A DNA stretch of 36,205 nucleotides from Patescibacteria group bacterium (GCA_021735685.1 JAIPGN010000006.1:1-36205); one strand, 5' to 3'. Counted from the first letter of the stretch, positions 18,517 through 28,256 are shown. The notes: generated by a model from the letters alone, not told the origin. Translations and numbers: made by a program.

Positions 18517-19248
18517 CTATTTACCGAATCGCCTTTTCCTTTGAGAATAATCAGTTAAAATCCGATCAATGTCTTTCTCTTTAATGCTGGGCCAATATTT
18601 ATCCAAGAAACATAACTCGGCATAAGCTGATTGCCAAAGCAAAAAGCCAGATAATCTTTTCTCTGAAGTACGAACTACCAAATCCGGATCCGGTAATCCT
18701 TGAGTCCACAAATACTGGCTAATTATTTCTTCATTAACCTGAGAAGCCTTAATTCCATCCCTAAGCATACCTTTAAAAGCATGAACAATCTCCGAGCGAC
18801 CCCCATAATTAAAAGCTAAATTCACTATTCCTCTTTTATTGTTCTTTGTTTTTTCTTGGGCAATTATAGCAATTTTTTTGATCTCGGGCTCCAGTTGCGG
18901 ATCATCAATCCAGCCAGAAATAGATAATTTAACTTCCTGATCCATTAAATATTGCAAATCTTCTTGAAAAAGCCTCTTAATTAAACTCATTAAATGAGCA
19001 ACTTCCTTTTTGCTTCTTTTCCAATTCTCCGTAGAGAAAATAAAAAAACTTAAAACCTTAACTCCTTTTTTTAGACACCATTCAATGACATTCTTTACCC
19101 TTTCATATCCCTTTTGATGCCCATAATTAACTGGAAAAAAATATTGACGCGCCCAGCGACGATTACCATCTACAATAAAACCAATATGTTCCGGGATTAT
19201 TTCCTTTTTCGAGTCAGAACCCTTTGTTTTGGATTTCTCTTTTTTCAT
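18517..19248 (-). CDS. uppS: Undecaprenyl/polyprenyl diphosphate synthase
   Basis: HIGFIVDGNRRWA, FSTENWKR, NYGGRSEI and RLSGFLLWQSAYAE. Confidence 0.96.
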   Translation of the reverse strand: MKKEKSKTKGSDSKKEIIPEHIGFIVDGNRRWARQYFFPVNYGHQKGYERVKNVIEWCLKKGVKVLSFFIFSTENWKRSKKEVAHLMSLIKRLFQEDLQYLMDQEVKLSISGWIDDPQLEPEIKKIAIIAQEKTKNNKRGIVNLAFNYGGRSEIVHAFKGMLRDGIKASQVNEEIISQYLWTQGLPDPDLVVRTSEKRLSGFLLWQSAYAELCFLDKYWPSIKEKDIDRILTDYSQRKRRFGK

Positions 19249-19253
19249 ATTAT

Positions 19254-19664
19254 TTATTTTTTAACAATAGTAATGTTTGGTCCTTGCCCATAAAAAGGAG
19301 AAACCATTTTAAATTTTTTGCGCCGAGCAATTTGAGGCCAAGCTTTTTTAATCAAACTTTCATTAGTTTGCCCTGGGAAAAAACTAACCCCACACACCGG
19401 GATAGACAAAGCCCAACCCAAAGCATTAGCTAAAGAAAGAGCAATTCTAATGCCAACAAAAGAACCTGGTCCATTAACCACCACAATGCCCTTTAAGTCT
19501 TGAGATTTCTTTTTTTTCTCAATTAAGGCCTTTTCTAAAACTTCCAAAACATTTTCTCGCTCCATCCCTTTCTCTTCTTTTTCATACCAATAAATCTTTT
19601 TGGGATTAGAAAAAAGGGCTAAAGTAATTTTTCTAGTTTGAAGAGTGTTGATAAATAAGAACAT
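19254..19664 (-). CDS. tsaB: t6A biosynthesis protein TsaB (short form)
   Basis: LFINT, IVVVNGPGSFVGIRIALSLANAL and C-terminal PFY..PNIT. Confidence 0.85.
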   Translation of the reverse strand: MFLFINTLQTRKITLALFSNPKKIYWYEKEEKGMERENVLEVLEKALIEKKKKSQDLKGIVVVNGPGSFVGIRIALSLANALGWALSIPVCGVSFFPGQTNESLIKKAWPQIARRKKFKMVSPFYGQGPNITIVKK

Positions 19665-19670
19665 TTTTTT

Positions 19671-19753
19671 ATTTTAGCAAAATTATTTTTTTTAAGCCAC
19701 CTCTTCTTCCACACCAAAAGGTTATTTACATAAGCAGAGGTTTATATTATAAT
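19671..19753. promoter_or_regulatory. Divergent sigma70-type promoters
   Basis: + strand TTTACA(19725)-N17-TATAAT(19748). Minus strand TGGCTT-N17-TAAAAT ends 6 nt before the tsaB ATG (leaderless). Confidence 0.65.
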
Positions 19754-19780
19754 AAAGAAAGATTAATAAACAAAATTTAT

Positions 19781-21787
19781 ATGAAAAAAGAAGTTCAAAT
19801 TGGAAATTTTTGCTTTTCTGATCCTCAGGAATCTAATGCCTATTCTTCAGTTTATATTACTAAACCCACAGAAAAATTTCTTCAGAAATTTGGCAAATTA
19901 GCTATTTTAAGTAATATCAATTTCAAAGACTCAGTTGACTCAAAAACTAAGAATTGGGCCGAAGAATGGATCGAAAAAATGGCCAACTTGGCTAAAGGAA
20001 ATTTTTACCAAAACCGATCAAATTCAATTAGATTAGAAGAAAACTTAGAAAACCTTTTACAACAACTCAATGTTTGGCTTTCTCAAGAAAAGGTTTCTCA
20101 ACCTAAGATTTTTGAAGAAAAAATAGAATCTTACGACTTTACGGTTCTGGCCCTTAAAGATAAAGAAATTCAATTCAGTCAAATTGGCACAATTAAAGCT
20201 ATTTTAATTGAGAATCAATCTTCAGAAAATTTAGGAGAAGAAAAAAAACCTAATAAAACAGAAAAGTTTACAAATATTATTAGCGGAAATTTACAAAAAA
20301 ACAATATCTTATTTTTCGCCAATGAAGAGGTTTTGGACTATTTCTCCGTTGAAAAAATAATTCAGATTTTGAAAAATACCCCCCTTGATCAAATTCAAAA
20401 AGAATTCAAAAATTTAATTAAAGAGGAATCTCCTTCTCTTAATATGATCGGACTAGCTCTCTCCTCTCGTTCAAAAATTCAGAAAGAAGAAAGAGAAAAA
20501 GAGGTCAAAGAAAAGACTACGAAAGTAAAAGAAGTAAAGAAAAGAGAAAAAAAAGAAAAAGCAAACAAACCTACCACCCCTTCATCAACCTCAGCTCCTC
20601 TTCCCCGAAAAAAAATGACCTTTTCTCGCCCCCAAAATAAACAAAAAAAATGGTTGAATAAATTATTGTTAGGTGGAATTCTAATTTGCATTGTCCTTTT
20701 TGGCGGAAGCTTAGTATTTTTAAAACGACAGCAAAAAATTGCCATGGAAAGAGAACAATACGCTCAAACCCTTAATAATATAGAAAAAAAACAAGAACAA
20801 TTAGAATCTGCCCTTCTTTCCTCTTTAGAAGAAGCTCCGACGCAAGTTGGTGAAATTTTCCAAGAAATTAAAACCATGATTCAAGAACTTCCCCGGCGCA
20901 CCGAAGAAGAAGAACAAATTTTCCAAAATTTTACCACTGAGTATAAAGAAAAATTTAACAATTATTATCAAATAAAAGAAATTTCTAACCCTCTGCAAAT
21001 CACGGACTTAAAATTAATTGACCCTGAAGTCAAAACTCAAGGCTTAGCACTAGTTAAAGAGAATCTTTATATTTTTAACCCAGAAAATAATTATATCTAC
21101 CGTCTTGATCTCAGCGATAACCAAACTGAAATCATTAATAAGATTTCAGCAAACGTGGGTTATTTACAAAAATTATACCCCAAAGACGAGGACAGTTTAA
21201 TCGGCTACGATCAGAATCAAAATTTAAATGAGTTTAATATTATTGATAATCAACTTTCAGAATTAAATTTAAGTACCGATCATCCTAAAACGGAAATTGC
21301 TGATTTAAAAATTTATAATCGTCGCCTTTATCTTTTGCAGCCATCCCTGAACCAAATCTATAAATATCAAAAAACTATTGATGGCTTTGGCCAAGAAGAA
21401 GCATGGCTTAAAGATGAAAATATTGATATCTCTCAAGGGGTCAGTTTAGCCATTGATAGCTCTATTTACGTTTTACAAGGAAACGGCTCTATTGAAAAAC
21501 TATATCAAGGTGGAAAAGAAAACTTTAGATTAGATCACTTTCAACCTCAACTCTCTCCAGGCTCTACTGGAAAAATTTTGACTAATGATGAATTAAGTAA
21601 AATTTATATTTTGGACCCAAGCACCAAAAGAATAATTATTTTAGACAAACAAGGACAATTAAAACAACAATTAATCTTTAATTCTTTAGAAAATAACGAG
21701 ATTAAAGACTTTGCAGTCAATCCTCAAGAAGATAAAATATGGATCCTAAGTGGTTCTCAGGTCCTAGAAATTGAAATCGATTTCTGA
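19781..21787 (+). CDS. Hypothetical single-pass membrane protein (N-terminal alpha/beta domain, K/E linker, TM helix, coiled coil, C-terminal beta-propeller-like repeats)
   Basis: 668 aa; TM LLLGGILICIVLFGGSLVFL; repeated LYIF/LYLL/IYVL/IYIL blade-like motifs. Confidence 0.75.
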   Translation: MKKEVQIGNFCFSDPQESNAYSSVYITKPTEKFLQKFGKLAILSNINFKDSVDSKTKNWAEEWIEKMANLAKGNFYQNRSNSIRLEENLENLLQQLNVWLSQEKVSQPKIFEEKIESYDFTVLALKDKEIQFSQIGTIKAILIENQSSENLGEEKKPNKTEKFTNIISGNLQKNNILFFANEEVLDYFSVEKIIQILKNTPLDQIQKEFKNLIKEESPSLNMIGLALSSRSKIQKEEREKEVKEKTTKVKEVKKREKKEKANKPTTPSSTSAPLPRKKMTFSRPQNKQKKWLNKLLLGGILICIVLFGGSLVFLKRQQKIAMEREQYAQTLNNIEKKQEQLESALLSSLEEAPTQVGEIFQEIKTMIQELPRRTEEEEQIFQNFTTEYKEKFNNYYQIKEISNPLQITDLKLIDPEVKTQGLALVKENLYIFNPENNYIYRLDLSDNQTEIINKISANVGYLQKLYPKDEDSLIGYDQNQNLNEFNIIDNQLSELNLSTDHPKTEIADLKIYNRRLYLLQPSLNQIYKYQKTIDGFGQEEAWLKDENIDISQGVSLAIDSSIYVLQGNGSIEKLYQGGKENFRLDHFQPQLSPGSTGKILTNDELSKIYILDPSTKRIIILDKQGQLKQQLIFNSLENNEIKDFAVNPQEDKIWILSGSQVLEIEIDF

Positions 21788-21889
21788 AAAAAATTATTAA
21801 TTGGATAAATAAATAATCCTTTTACAAAAAAAATTTGACTAGATTAAACCTAGGCATTACTTAGGAGCCAAACCCCTAAGTGCTTTTAT

Positions 21890-21929
21890 AAAAAAATTAC
21901 TGAGAATTTTCATCTCAGTAATTTTTTTT
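21890..21929. terminator. Bidirectional intrinsic terminator between convergent genes
   Basis: AAAAAATTACTGAGA-attttca-TCTCAGTAATTTTTTTT. Confidence 0.8.
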
Positions 21930-21948
21930 GATAGAAATAAAACTTTTC

Positions 21949-22536
21949 CTATTTCAAAGTCACATTAGCCCCAGCTTCCTCTAACTCTTTTTTCATTTTT
22001 TCTGCCTCTTCCTTGGCTACTCCCTCTTTAACCATGGCTGGTGCAGAATCAACTAAATCCTTAGCTTCCTTAAGACCAACTTGAACAAAGTTTCTGATTG
22101 CTTTAATCACGGCAATTTTATTGCCCCCGGCTTCCGTAATTTCTACATTAAAAGAACTTTTCTCTTCTGCTGCTGAATCCTCTGCTCCTCCAGCTACAGC
22201 TGGACCAGCTACCGCCACCGGAGCCTGCGCAGAAACTCCAAACTTGTCTTCTAAAATTTCAACCAATTCAGCTAAATCAATCACGCTTAAGTTTTCAATA
22301 GTCTCTACTAAACTCTTAAACTTAGCGGGAACTTTAACTTCTTTTTTCTCTTCTTTTTTTTCTTCCTTTTTTTCCTCTTTCGGCTCTTCTTTTACTTCTT
22401 CTTCCTTTTTCTCTTCCTTAGATTCTTCTTTTTTCTCTTCTTTCTCTTCCTTGGATTCTTCTTTTTTCTCTTCTTTTTTTTCTTCTTTCTCTTCCTTGGA
22501 TTCTTCTTTTTTCTCTTCTTTTTTTTCTTCAGTCAT
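21949..22536 (-). CDS. rplL: 50S ribosomal protein bL12 (L7/L12) with a Glu/Lys-rich N-terminal extension
   Basis: [31 protein letters not shown] and [13 protein letters not shown]. Confidence 0.96.
   Translation of the reverse strand: MTEEKKEEKKEESKEEKEEKKEEKKEESKEEKEEKKEESKEEKKEEEVKEEPKEEKKEEKKEEKKEVKVPAKFKSLVETIENLSVIDLAELVEILEDKFGVSAQAPVAVAGPAVAGGAEDSAAEEKSSFNVEITEAGGNKIAVIKAIRNFVQVGLKEAKDLVDSAPAMVKEGVAKEEAEKMKKELEEAGANVTLK
22441..22530. repeat. Perfect 45-bp tandem duplication within rplL
   Basis: 22441-22485 is identical to 22486-22530; encodes [15 protein letters not shown] twice. Confidence 0.9.
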
Positions 22537-22557
22537 AAAATTAAAATTAATTTATTT

Positions 22558-23073
22558 TTATTTATTAATACTTGATAAAATATAGACTAATCCTCTTAAA
22601 TTGCCCTTAAGCACATAAGCTAAATTATTAATAGGCGCCTTAATTGTACTTAAAAGCTTGGCAATTAACTCTTCGCGAGAAGGAAGAGTGGACAGAATCT
22701 TTGCTTTTTCCGAAGCCAAAAACTCATCTCCCATAATGCCACCATTAATTTTCACCTCGTCATTTTCTTTAGCAAATTTAAAAGCAACTCTGATTGGAGC
22801 CACTTCATCCTCTAAAGAATAAGCCAAACCTAAGCCTCCTTGAATCTTGCTTAAATCAATATGACCTAAGCCAATTTTTTGAAAAACAAGATTTAAAAGA
22901 GTCTTTTTGGCCACAAAATATTGACAAGAATTTTCTTTGAGATTTTTCTTAAGTTCATCTACTTGGCCAACTTTTAATCCTGAATAATCCACAAAGACTA
23001 AACTCTTGATTCCCTTTAAGTCTTTCTCTAATTGATTAACGATTTCTTCTTTTTGTTTTCGCGTTTTGGCCAT
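22558..23073 (-). CDS. rplJ: 50S ribosomal protein uL10
   Basis: KEEIV, VDYSGL, VAKKTL and LSTLPSREELIAKL; upstream of rplL. Confidence 0.95.
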   Translation of the reverse strand: MAKTRKQKEEIVNQLEKDLKGIKSLVFVDYSGLKVGQVDELKKNLKENSCQYFVAKKTLLNLVFQKIGLGHIDLSKIQGGLGLAYSLEDEVAPIRVAFKFAKENDEVKINGGIMGDEFLASEKAKILSTLPSREELIAKLLSTIKAPINNLAYVLKGNLRGLVYILSSINK

Positions 23074-23099
23074 AAATTATTAATTAAAAAATATTAAAC

Positions 23100-23240
23100 A
23101 AAAAAACTGCTTACGCAGACTTTATTTTCGAAAAAACAAAAAATGTTTTTAGTCTCGGCAGGCCTTTCATCTTCTAATTTTGGAAATAAAATTAAAAAAC
23201 AAAAGTTTAAACTAATGTCAGCACCTACGGTCTGCGACAA
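23100..23240 (-). promoter_or_regulatory. L10-leader-like autoregulatory RNA with a terminator hairpin
   Basis: Minus strand CAGACCGTAGGTG...CCTGCCGAGAC matches the L10 leader kink-turn pattern, followed by CTGC-GTAA-GCAG-T7 before rplJ. Confidence 0.75.
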
Positions 23241-23247
23241 CACTATT

Positions 23248-23275
23248 ATGATAACAAAGAAGAGGTCTTTGTCAA
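23248..23275 (-). promoter_or_regulatory. rplJL promoter
   Basis: TTGACA-N16-TATCAT with an extended TG, just upstream of the leader. Confidence 0.65.
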
Positions 23276-23294
23276 ACCATATTTATCCACAATA

Positions 23295-23702
23295 TTAAAG
23301 CTTTTTGGTTGATTTCCAATGATAAGCATATAAAGGCAAACCAATCAAAATTAAAGCCAAACTAACTGAGGCTTCTCGATGACGACGGCTAGTCAGGGGA
23401 TCAATCTGAGAGCTTTTTTCTTCCCAATCTTGATAAGACTCAACAATGGATGTAATCGCTTTTTTTTCTTCATCGCTTAGTTCTTCATCTCCCCTTTCTT
23501 CCACTTTTTGCAAATAATCTACAGGATAACTAAGAGAAGGTCGAGAATAATTTATTCTATCTTGCTCTTCAGCTTGTTTAAAAACAAAGGCCTTGAGTCC
23601 CATATCCAATAAACGAACACTACCAATAATTAAAAGGACCAGGCCAACTAAACTAAAAATATATAAATAAATTGCTTTTAAGGTTTGATGAGAAGAAGAC
23701 AT
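23295..23702 (-). CDS. Two-TM membrane protein (DUF5671-like)
   Basis: IYLYIFSLVGLVLL...SLALILIGLPLYAYHW. Confidence 0.7.
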   Translation of the reverse strand: MSSSHQTLKAIYLYIFSLVGLVLLIIGSVRLLDMGLKAFVFKQAEEQDRINYSRPSLSYPVDYLQKVEERGDEELSDEEKKAITSIVESYQDWEEKSSQIDPLTSRRHREASVSLALILIGLPLYAYHWKSTKKL

Positions 23703-23712
23703 ATAATAAATT

Positions 23713-24408
23713 TTATTTAATAATTGTGCCTTTAAATTTTTGAGAGGCTAGACATTTTTTTAAATTTTCAACATCTCGCCCATTCAAAATAACCACCTCT
23801 AATCCTAATTTTTGAGCTAATAAGCTCGCCGGAGGACCAAAGGGTGCTGACTTACGAGGAGACCATTCTCGTCCGACAATTTTTAAAAAATTTCCCCAAC
23901 TTAATTCAGAAAGCGGCTTAGCGTCAGGGAATTTATCTGGATCTTGATCATAAACATAATCAATATCGCTTAAATTAAAAACTCGACTCGCTCCCAAATT
24001 ATCAGCCCATAGAACCGCATCTTTATCACTGGAACAACCCGGCTTCCAACCCGAGGCAACAATTAAATTGTATTTATTGTCCACTTTAGTGTGCGGATCA
24101 ATTAAAACTTGAGGATAAGCTAAATCGCCGAAAAGACAACGCACAAATTCCGCATTAAGTTTAGTTGCTGCAATGCCCAACCAGTCCAAATCTAAATCTT
24201 TAATTTTTGCAATAGACTGAGCCGCTTGATTATACTTACGATTAACTCCTCCCCCGCCCGTAATTAAAACTAAACGATAATCTTGCTTTAGTAAATCAAT
24301 TATTAACTCTCTTATTTTTTTTAGAAAATCAACATTAATTTCTTCCTGAGGAATAATAAGAGACCCCCCTAAAGAAAAAACTAAAGTTTTTTTATTTTTT
24401 TCAGACAT
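23713..24408 (-). CDS. pyrH: UMP kinase, archaeal-type
   Basis: SLGGSLI, ITGGG..NRKY, LDWLGIAATKLNA, GWKPGCSSD and VYDQDPDKFPDAK. Confidence 0.88.
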   Translation of the reverse strand: MSEKNKKTLVFSLGGSLIIPQEEINVDFLKKIRELIIDLLKQDYRLVLITGGGGVNRKYNQAAQSIAKIKDLDLDWLGIAATKLNAEFVRCLFGDLAYPQVLIDPHTKVDNKYNLIVASGWKPGCSSDKDAVLWADNLGASRVFNLSDIDYVYDQDPDKFPDAKPLSELSWGNFLKIVGREWSPRKSAPFGPPASLLAQKLGLEVVILNGRDVENLKKCLASQKFKGTIIK

Positions 24409-24418
24409 AAAACAAAAA

Positions 24419-26161
24419 TTACATTTTAGAAAGAACTTTAATTCCCAATAGTTTCAATCCATTTTCTAAAACTTGGGCAACGCAAAGCAAAAATTGAAGT
24501 CGAGCAGCCTTTAAATCGGGTTGCGATTTAAGAATATTGCTTTGGTGATAAAACTCATTAAATTGGTGCCCTAATTTTAGCAAATAATGAGCCAATAAAG
24601 AAGGATTGCGTTCTTGACTAGCTCTTTTAATAATTTCAGGAAAAAAAGACAAAAACTGGGCTAAATTAATTTCAGTATCCGTGCCAAGTAAAGAAAAATT
24701 TATCTCTTGTTCTTTTTCTTTTTTTTCTTTTGAATTTTTAGTTAAAATACTTTGGATTCGAGCATAAGTATATTGCAAATAAGGACCAGTGTCTCCCTCA
24801 AAGGAAAGAGAATCTTCTGGGCTAAAATTAACTTTCTGATCTGGTCGGAATTTTAAAAAGAAAAAACGTAAAGCAGCTTGGGCAATAATCTGAGCCCGCG
24901 TCGATACCTCTAAAGGGCTCAAGTTTGGGCTTCTTTTAAAAACCTCTACCTTAGCCATTTGTTCCATTTTTTTAACCAATTCATCAATATCTACCACCTC
25001 TCCTTCCCGAGATTTCATTTTTCCCTCCGGTAAAAAAACCAAGCCATAAGAAAAATGTTCTCTTTGAGGTCCTTCTTGATTTAAACCAAAAATATCCAAA
25101 ACCTTAAACAAAACTCGAAAATAATGATTTTGTTCGGAAGCAACCACATAAATAAAACGATCTAGATTAAAATCATTATAAATTTTAGCCAAACCAATAT
25201 CTTGAGTAATATAAACACTAGTTTGATCTGGACGTAAAAGAACCTTTTTGCCTAAATTATACTCCTCTAAATCAATTTCAATAGCTCCGTCTTCTCTCTG
25301 GCAACAAAGATCTTTTTTCAGAGCCTTATTAACAATGTCTTTTCCCGAGTTATAAACATCACTTTCAAAATTAACGTGATCGAAACTAATGCCCAATTTT
25401 TGGTAAGTTTCTTCTATTCCCTCTAAAGCCCATTTGTTCATCTTTTGCCAAAGATCAAGCACGTGTGGATCACCCTCTTCCCATTGTTGTAACATTTCTT
25501 GAGCTTCTGTTAACAGGGAAGGATCTTCTTGTGATTTTTGCTCAAATAAAACATAATAATTGCCCACAAAATGATCTCCTTTTATTTTTTCTGACTTCGG
25601 TGTCTTCCCCTCTCCCCATTTTTGGTAAGCCAACATTGACTTACAAATATGAATCCCTCGATCGTTGATTAAGTTAAAAGTTGAGACCTTGAGCCCTTGA
25701 GCCCTAAACAAACTCGTTAAACTATCTCCTAAAAGATTATTTCTTAAATGTCCCAAATGTTGAGGCTTATTAGTGTTAGGGGCTGAATACTCAATGCCAA
25801 TTTTCTGCTTTTGATTATCTGAAGAGTAACCAAATTTATCCTTTTCTTCTAATATCTGCTGACAGATTGCTTTAAAAAAATTAGTTTTTTTAATAAAAAA
25901 ATTAAGATAAGGGCCTACATTTTCAATTTTCTCTAAAAAATCAATATTCTTTCGATCTAATTCTTTTTTGAAATGTCGAGCTAATTCTTTAGGATCTTTT
26001 TTTAAAACCTGAGAAAGTTGAAAGCAAGGAAAAGTAAATTCTCCTTGTTCTAATTGCTCAGATCTTTCTAAATTGAATATAAAGTCTGTTGGCAAATCTT
26101 CTGTGATTGCCTCTTTTAAAGATTCAACAATTTTTTTTTGAATTTCTTTTATTTTCACCAT
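24419..26161 (-). CDS. argS: Arginine--tRNA ligase
   Basis: EYSAPNTNKPQHLGHLRN, YITQDIG, GKMKSREG and GDTGPYLQYTYARI. Confidence 0.97.
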   Translation of the reverse strand: MVKIKEIQKKIVESLKEAITEDLPTDFIFNLERSEQLEQGEFTFPCFQLSQVLKKDPKELARHFKKELDRKNIDFLEKIENVGPYLNFFIKKTNFFKAICQQILEEKDKFGYSSDNQKQKIGIEYSAPNTNKPQHLGHLRNNLLGDSLTSLFRAQGLKVSTFNLINDRGIHICKSMLAYQKWGEGKTPKSEKIKGDHFVGNYYVLFEQKSQEDPSLLTEAQEMLQQWEEGDPHVLDLWQKMNKWALEGIEETYQKLGISFDHVNFESDVYNSGKDIVNKALKKDLCCQREDGAIEIDLEEYNLGKKVLLRPDQTSVYITQDIGLAKIYNDFNLDRFIYVVASEQNHYFRVLFKVLDIFGLNQEGPQREHFSYGLVFLPEGKMKSREGEVVDIDELVKKMEQMAKVEVFKRSPNLSPLEVSTRAQIIAQAALRFFFLKFRPDQKVNFSPEDSLSFEGDTGPYLQYTYARIQSILTKNSKEKKEKEQEINFSLLGTDTEINLAQFLSFFPEIIKRASQERNPSLLAHYLLKLGHQFNEFYHQSNILKSQPDLKAARLQFLLCVAQVLENGLKLLGIKVLSKM

Positions 26162-26167
26162 ATATTT

Positions 26168-26818
26168 TTATGGTAATAATAAATCAACCAAAGCTTGGCC
26201 AAATCTTTCTGCAGCCAAAGGACCATTAGCTGTTACTATTCGAGAATCGATCACTACTGCTTGATCGACATACTCTGCTTCTTTTTCTTTTAAAGCCTCA
26301 ATCGTCCATTGGTTGTCTGGGTCGGACCAAACTGTAGCTTGATGACCCGCCAGAACTTCAGCTTGCGCTAAAATAACTGGAGCTAAACAAATTGCTCCCA
26401 AAACTTTATCTTTTTCAACAAATTGATGCACTACTTGATGAACTTCTTGATCTTCAATGTAATCAACAGCGCCCGGACCACCAATAAAAACCAAAGCACC
26501 AAATCGATTTGGATCTAAATCAAAAAGATTTCTTTCTATTTTAACTATCTGGCCAAATTTTCCCTGAGCTTCGTTTCCTTGAGAACTAACAGTAACAATT
26601 TCTAAGCCTCCGGCCTCCAAGACCTTTTTAGTATTTTCGTACTCTAAATCTTGAAAACCCTGTGGAGCAACTACTAAAGCTACTCTCTGATTAAGGTTAG
26701 ACTCTAAAGGCATCATATTGTTTTCTTCATTATTACGAGATGGCTCAAATAAACGACAAGCCGTTAAAAGGAAAGTGATAGTAATAAAAAATAAAAATAG
26801 TTTAATATTTGATTTCAT
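26168..26818 (-). CDS. DJ-1/PfpI family protein with a predicted lipoprotein signal
   Basis: GFQDLE, FIGGPGA, nucleophile elbow GAICLAP and IVTANGP; N-terminal FLLTAC. Confidence 0.9.
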   Translation of the reverse strand: MKSNIKLFLFFITITFLLTACRLFEPSRNNEENNMMPLESNLNQRVALVVAPQGFQDLEYENTKKVLEAGGLEIVTVSSQGNEAQGKFGQIVKIERNLFDLDPNRFGALVFIGGPGAVDYIEDQEVHQVVHQFVEKDKVLGAICLAPVILAQAEVLAGHQATVWSDPDNQWTIEALKEKEAEYVDQAVVIDSRIVTANGPLAAERFGQALVDLLLP

Positions 26819-26821
26819 TTT

Positions 26822-27637
26822 TTAAAATTTCAACTCATCTAAAGGAACTTCCAAGAACTCATTTTTGGTCTTAATAATAACAATTCTTTCTAAGACCCGA
26901 TAACCCTTGACTTGGCCAGGGCCTTGCTTAGTCTTAACCTTGCTCCCCAAAGAAGGTAAATCTTTAAGCGCTTCTTTATAAGCTTCTTCTTCAAAAGAAA
27001 GGCAACACTTGAGGCGACCGCAGATTCCCGATAACCTTTCTGGTCCCCTCTGAGAAAGGCTTTGATGAGCCATCATTTCTGTAGTTACTTGTCCTAAATT
27101 TTTTAAAAAACTTAAACAACATAAGGGTCGGCCACAAGGTCCAATATCTCCCATCAAACAAGTTTCTTGCCGCGCACCCACTTGATGCATTCGAATTGAT
27201 TTATGGAAACGATGAGCTAAATCTTTAACCAAAAGACGAAAATCAACTCGATTAGGTGCCACAAAAGCAAAAGTAACCCTTCCTCCGTCAAAACTAAAAA
27301 GAGCGTCAATAACTTTTATTGGCAACTCTCTTTTTTTTGCTAAATCCTCACAGGCCTTAATTGCCTTTTTTTTAGCTTTATTCTTTTCTTGGAAATTTTT
27401 TATATCCTCTGCGCTCGCTTTTCTTAAAATAATGACTTTCTCTTCTTGGTCAGAGAATTCCTTGCCTTCTTCTGTCACTCTCACTACTGTGCCTAAATCT
27501 GTACCCTTCTTTGATCTAATAATAACCTTTTGGCCCGCTTGTAAATCTCCAGCCAAAATTGGCTTTCCTTTCTGATTTAAAATAGCGCCATAAAGACCTT
27601 CCCAGGAAGCTAATTGTACTAAAACTCCAACACCCAT
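26822..27637 (-). CDS. ricT: PSP1-domain protein RicT/YaaT
   Basis: RVDFRLLVKDLA, GPCGRPLCC and LSGICGRLKCCLSFE. Confidence 0.9.
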   Translation of the reverse strand: MGVGVLVQLASWEGLYGAILNQKGKPILAGDLQAGQKVIIRSKKGTDLGTVVRVTEEGKEFSDQEEKVIILRKASAEDIKNFQEKNKAKKKAIKACEDLAKKRELPIKVIDALFSFDGGRVTFAFVAPNRVDFRLLVKDLAHRFHKSIRMHQVGARQETCLMGDIGPCGRPLCCLSFLKNLGQVTTEMMAHQSLSQRGPERLSGICGRLKCCLSFEEEAYKEALKDLPSLGSKVKTKQGPGQVKGYRVLERIVIIKTKNEFLEVPLDELKF

Positions 27638-27673
27638 TTAGATTTCAAGTATTTATTTCTTTGATCTTAAAAA

Positions 27674-28255
27674 CTATAAAGCGAAACGAACGAATCTACG
27701 AATCTGAATATTTTCACCAAGTTTAGCAATCATCGCCTGAATTAAATCAGTAATCGTTTGTTGATCGTCCTTAATAAAACTTTGCTCCAATAAACAGGAG
27801 GTGCTATAGAATTTTTCTATTTTATTTCCTAAAATTTTATCAATAATTTCAGCTGGTTTTTTTTCTTTTTCTAGATTTTCTCGATAAATTTGCTTTTCCT
27901 TTTCAATAATTTCAGCTGGCACCTCTTCCCTTTCTTTCCAACGAGGATTTGCCGCCGCAATATGTAAAGCAATTTCGTGAGCCAATTTTTTAAACTCTTC
28001 ATTTCGAGCCACAAAATCAGTCTCGCAGACTAATTCCAGTAAAACTCCAATTTTGTTATTGCTGTGAATATAGGCCTCAACTAGCCCCTCTTTGGTTTCT
28101 CTCAAACCCTTATCGCTGGCCATCTTTTGCCCTCTTTTCCTTAAAAATTCAATTGCTTTTTCTAAATCATTATTACTTTCTTTTAAGGCCTTTTGGCAAT
28201 CTAAGATGCCTGCCCCAGTAACTTGACGTAATTTTTTGATAATTTCAGAACTCAT
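27674..28255 (-). CDS. tsf: Elongation factor Ts (short form)
   Basis: IKKLRQVTGAGILDCQKAL and ELVCETDFVARN. The real start is the ATG at 28255, directly after the rpsB stop. Confidence 0.96.
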   Translation of the reverse strand: MSSEIIKKLRQVTGAGILDCQKALKESNNDLEKAIEFLRKRGQKMASDKGLRETKEGLVEAYIHSNNKIGVLLELVCETDFVARNEEFKKLAHEIALHIAAANPRWKEREEVPAEIIEKEKQIYRENLEKEKKPAEIIDKILGNKIEKFYSTSCLLEQSFIKDDQQTITDLIQAMIAKLGENIQIRRFVRFAL

Positions 28256-28256
28256 A

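Noticed and set aside
19695-19704. AGCCACCTCT matching the tRNA-Ser remnant at 11181-11190
   Set aside because: It is only 10 nt and overlaps the predicted tsaB -35 element, so it is probably chance.
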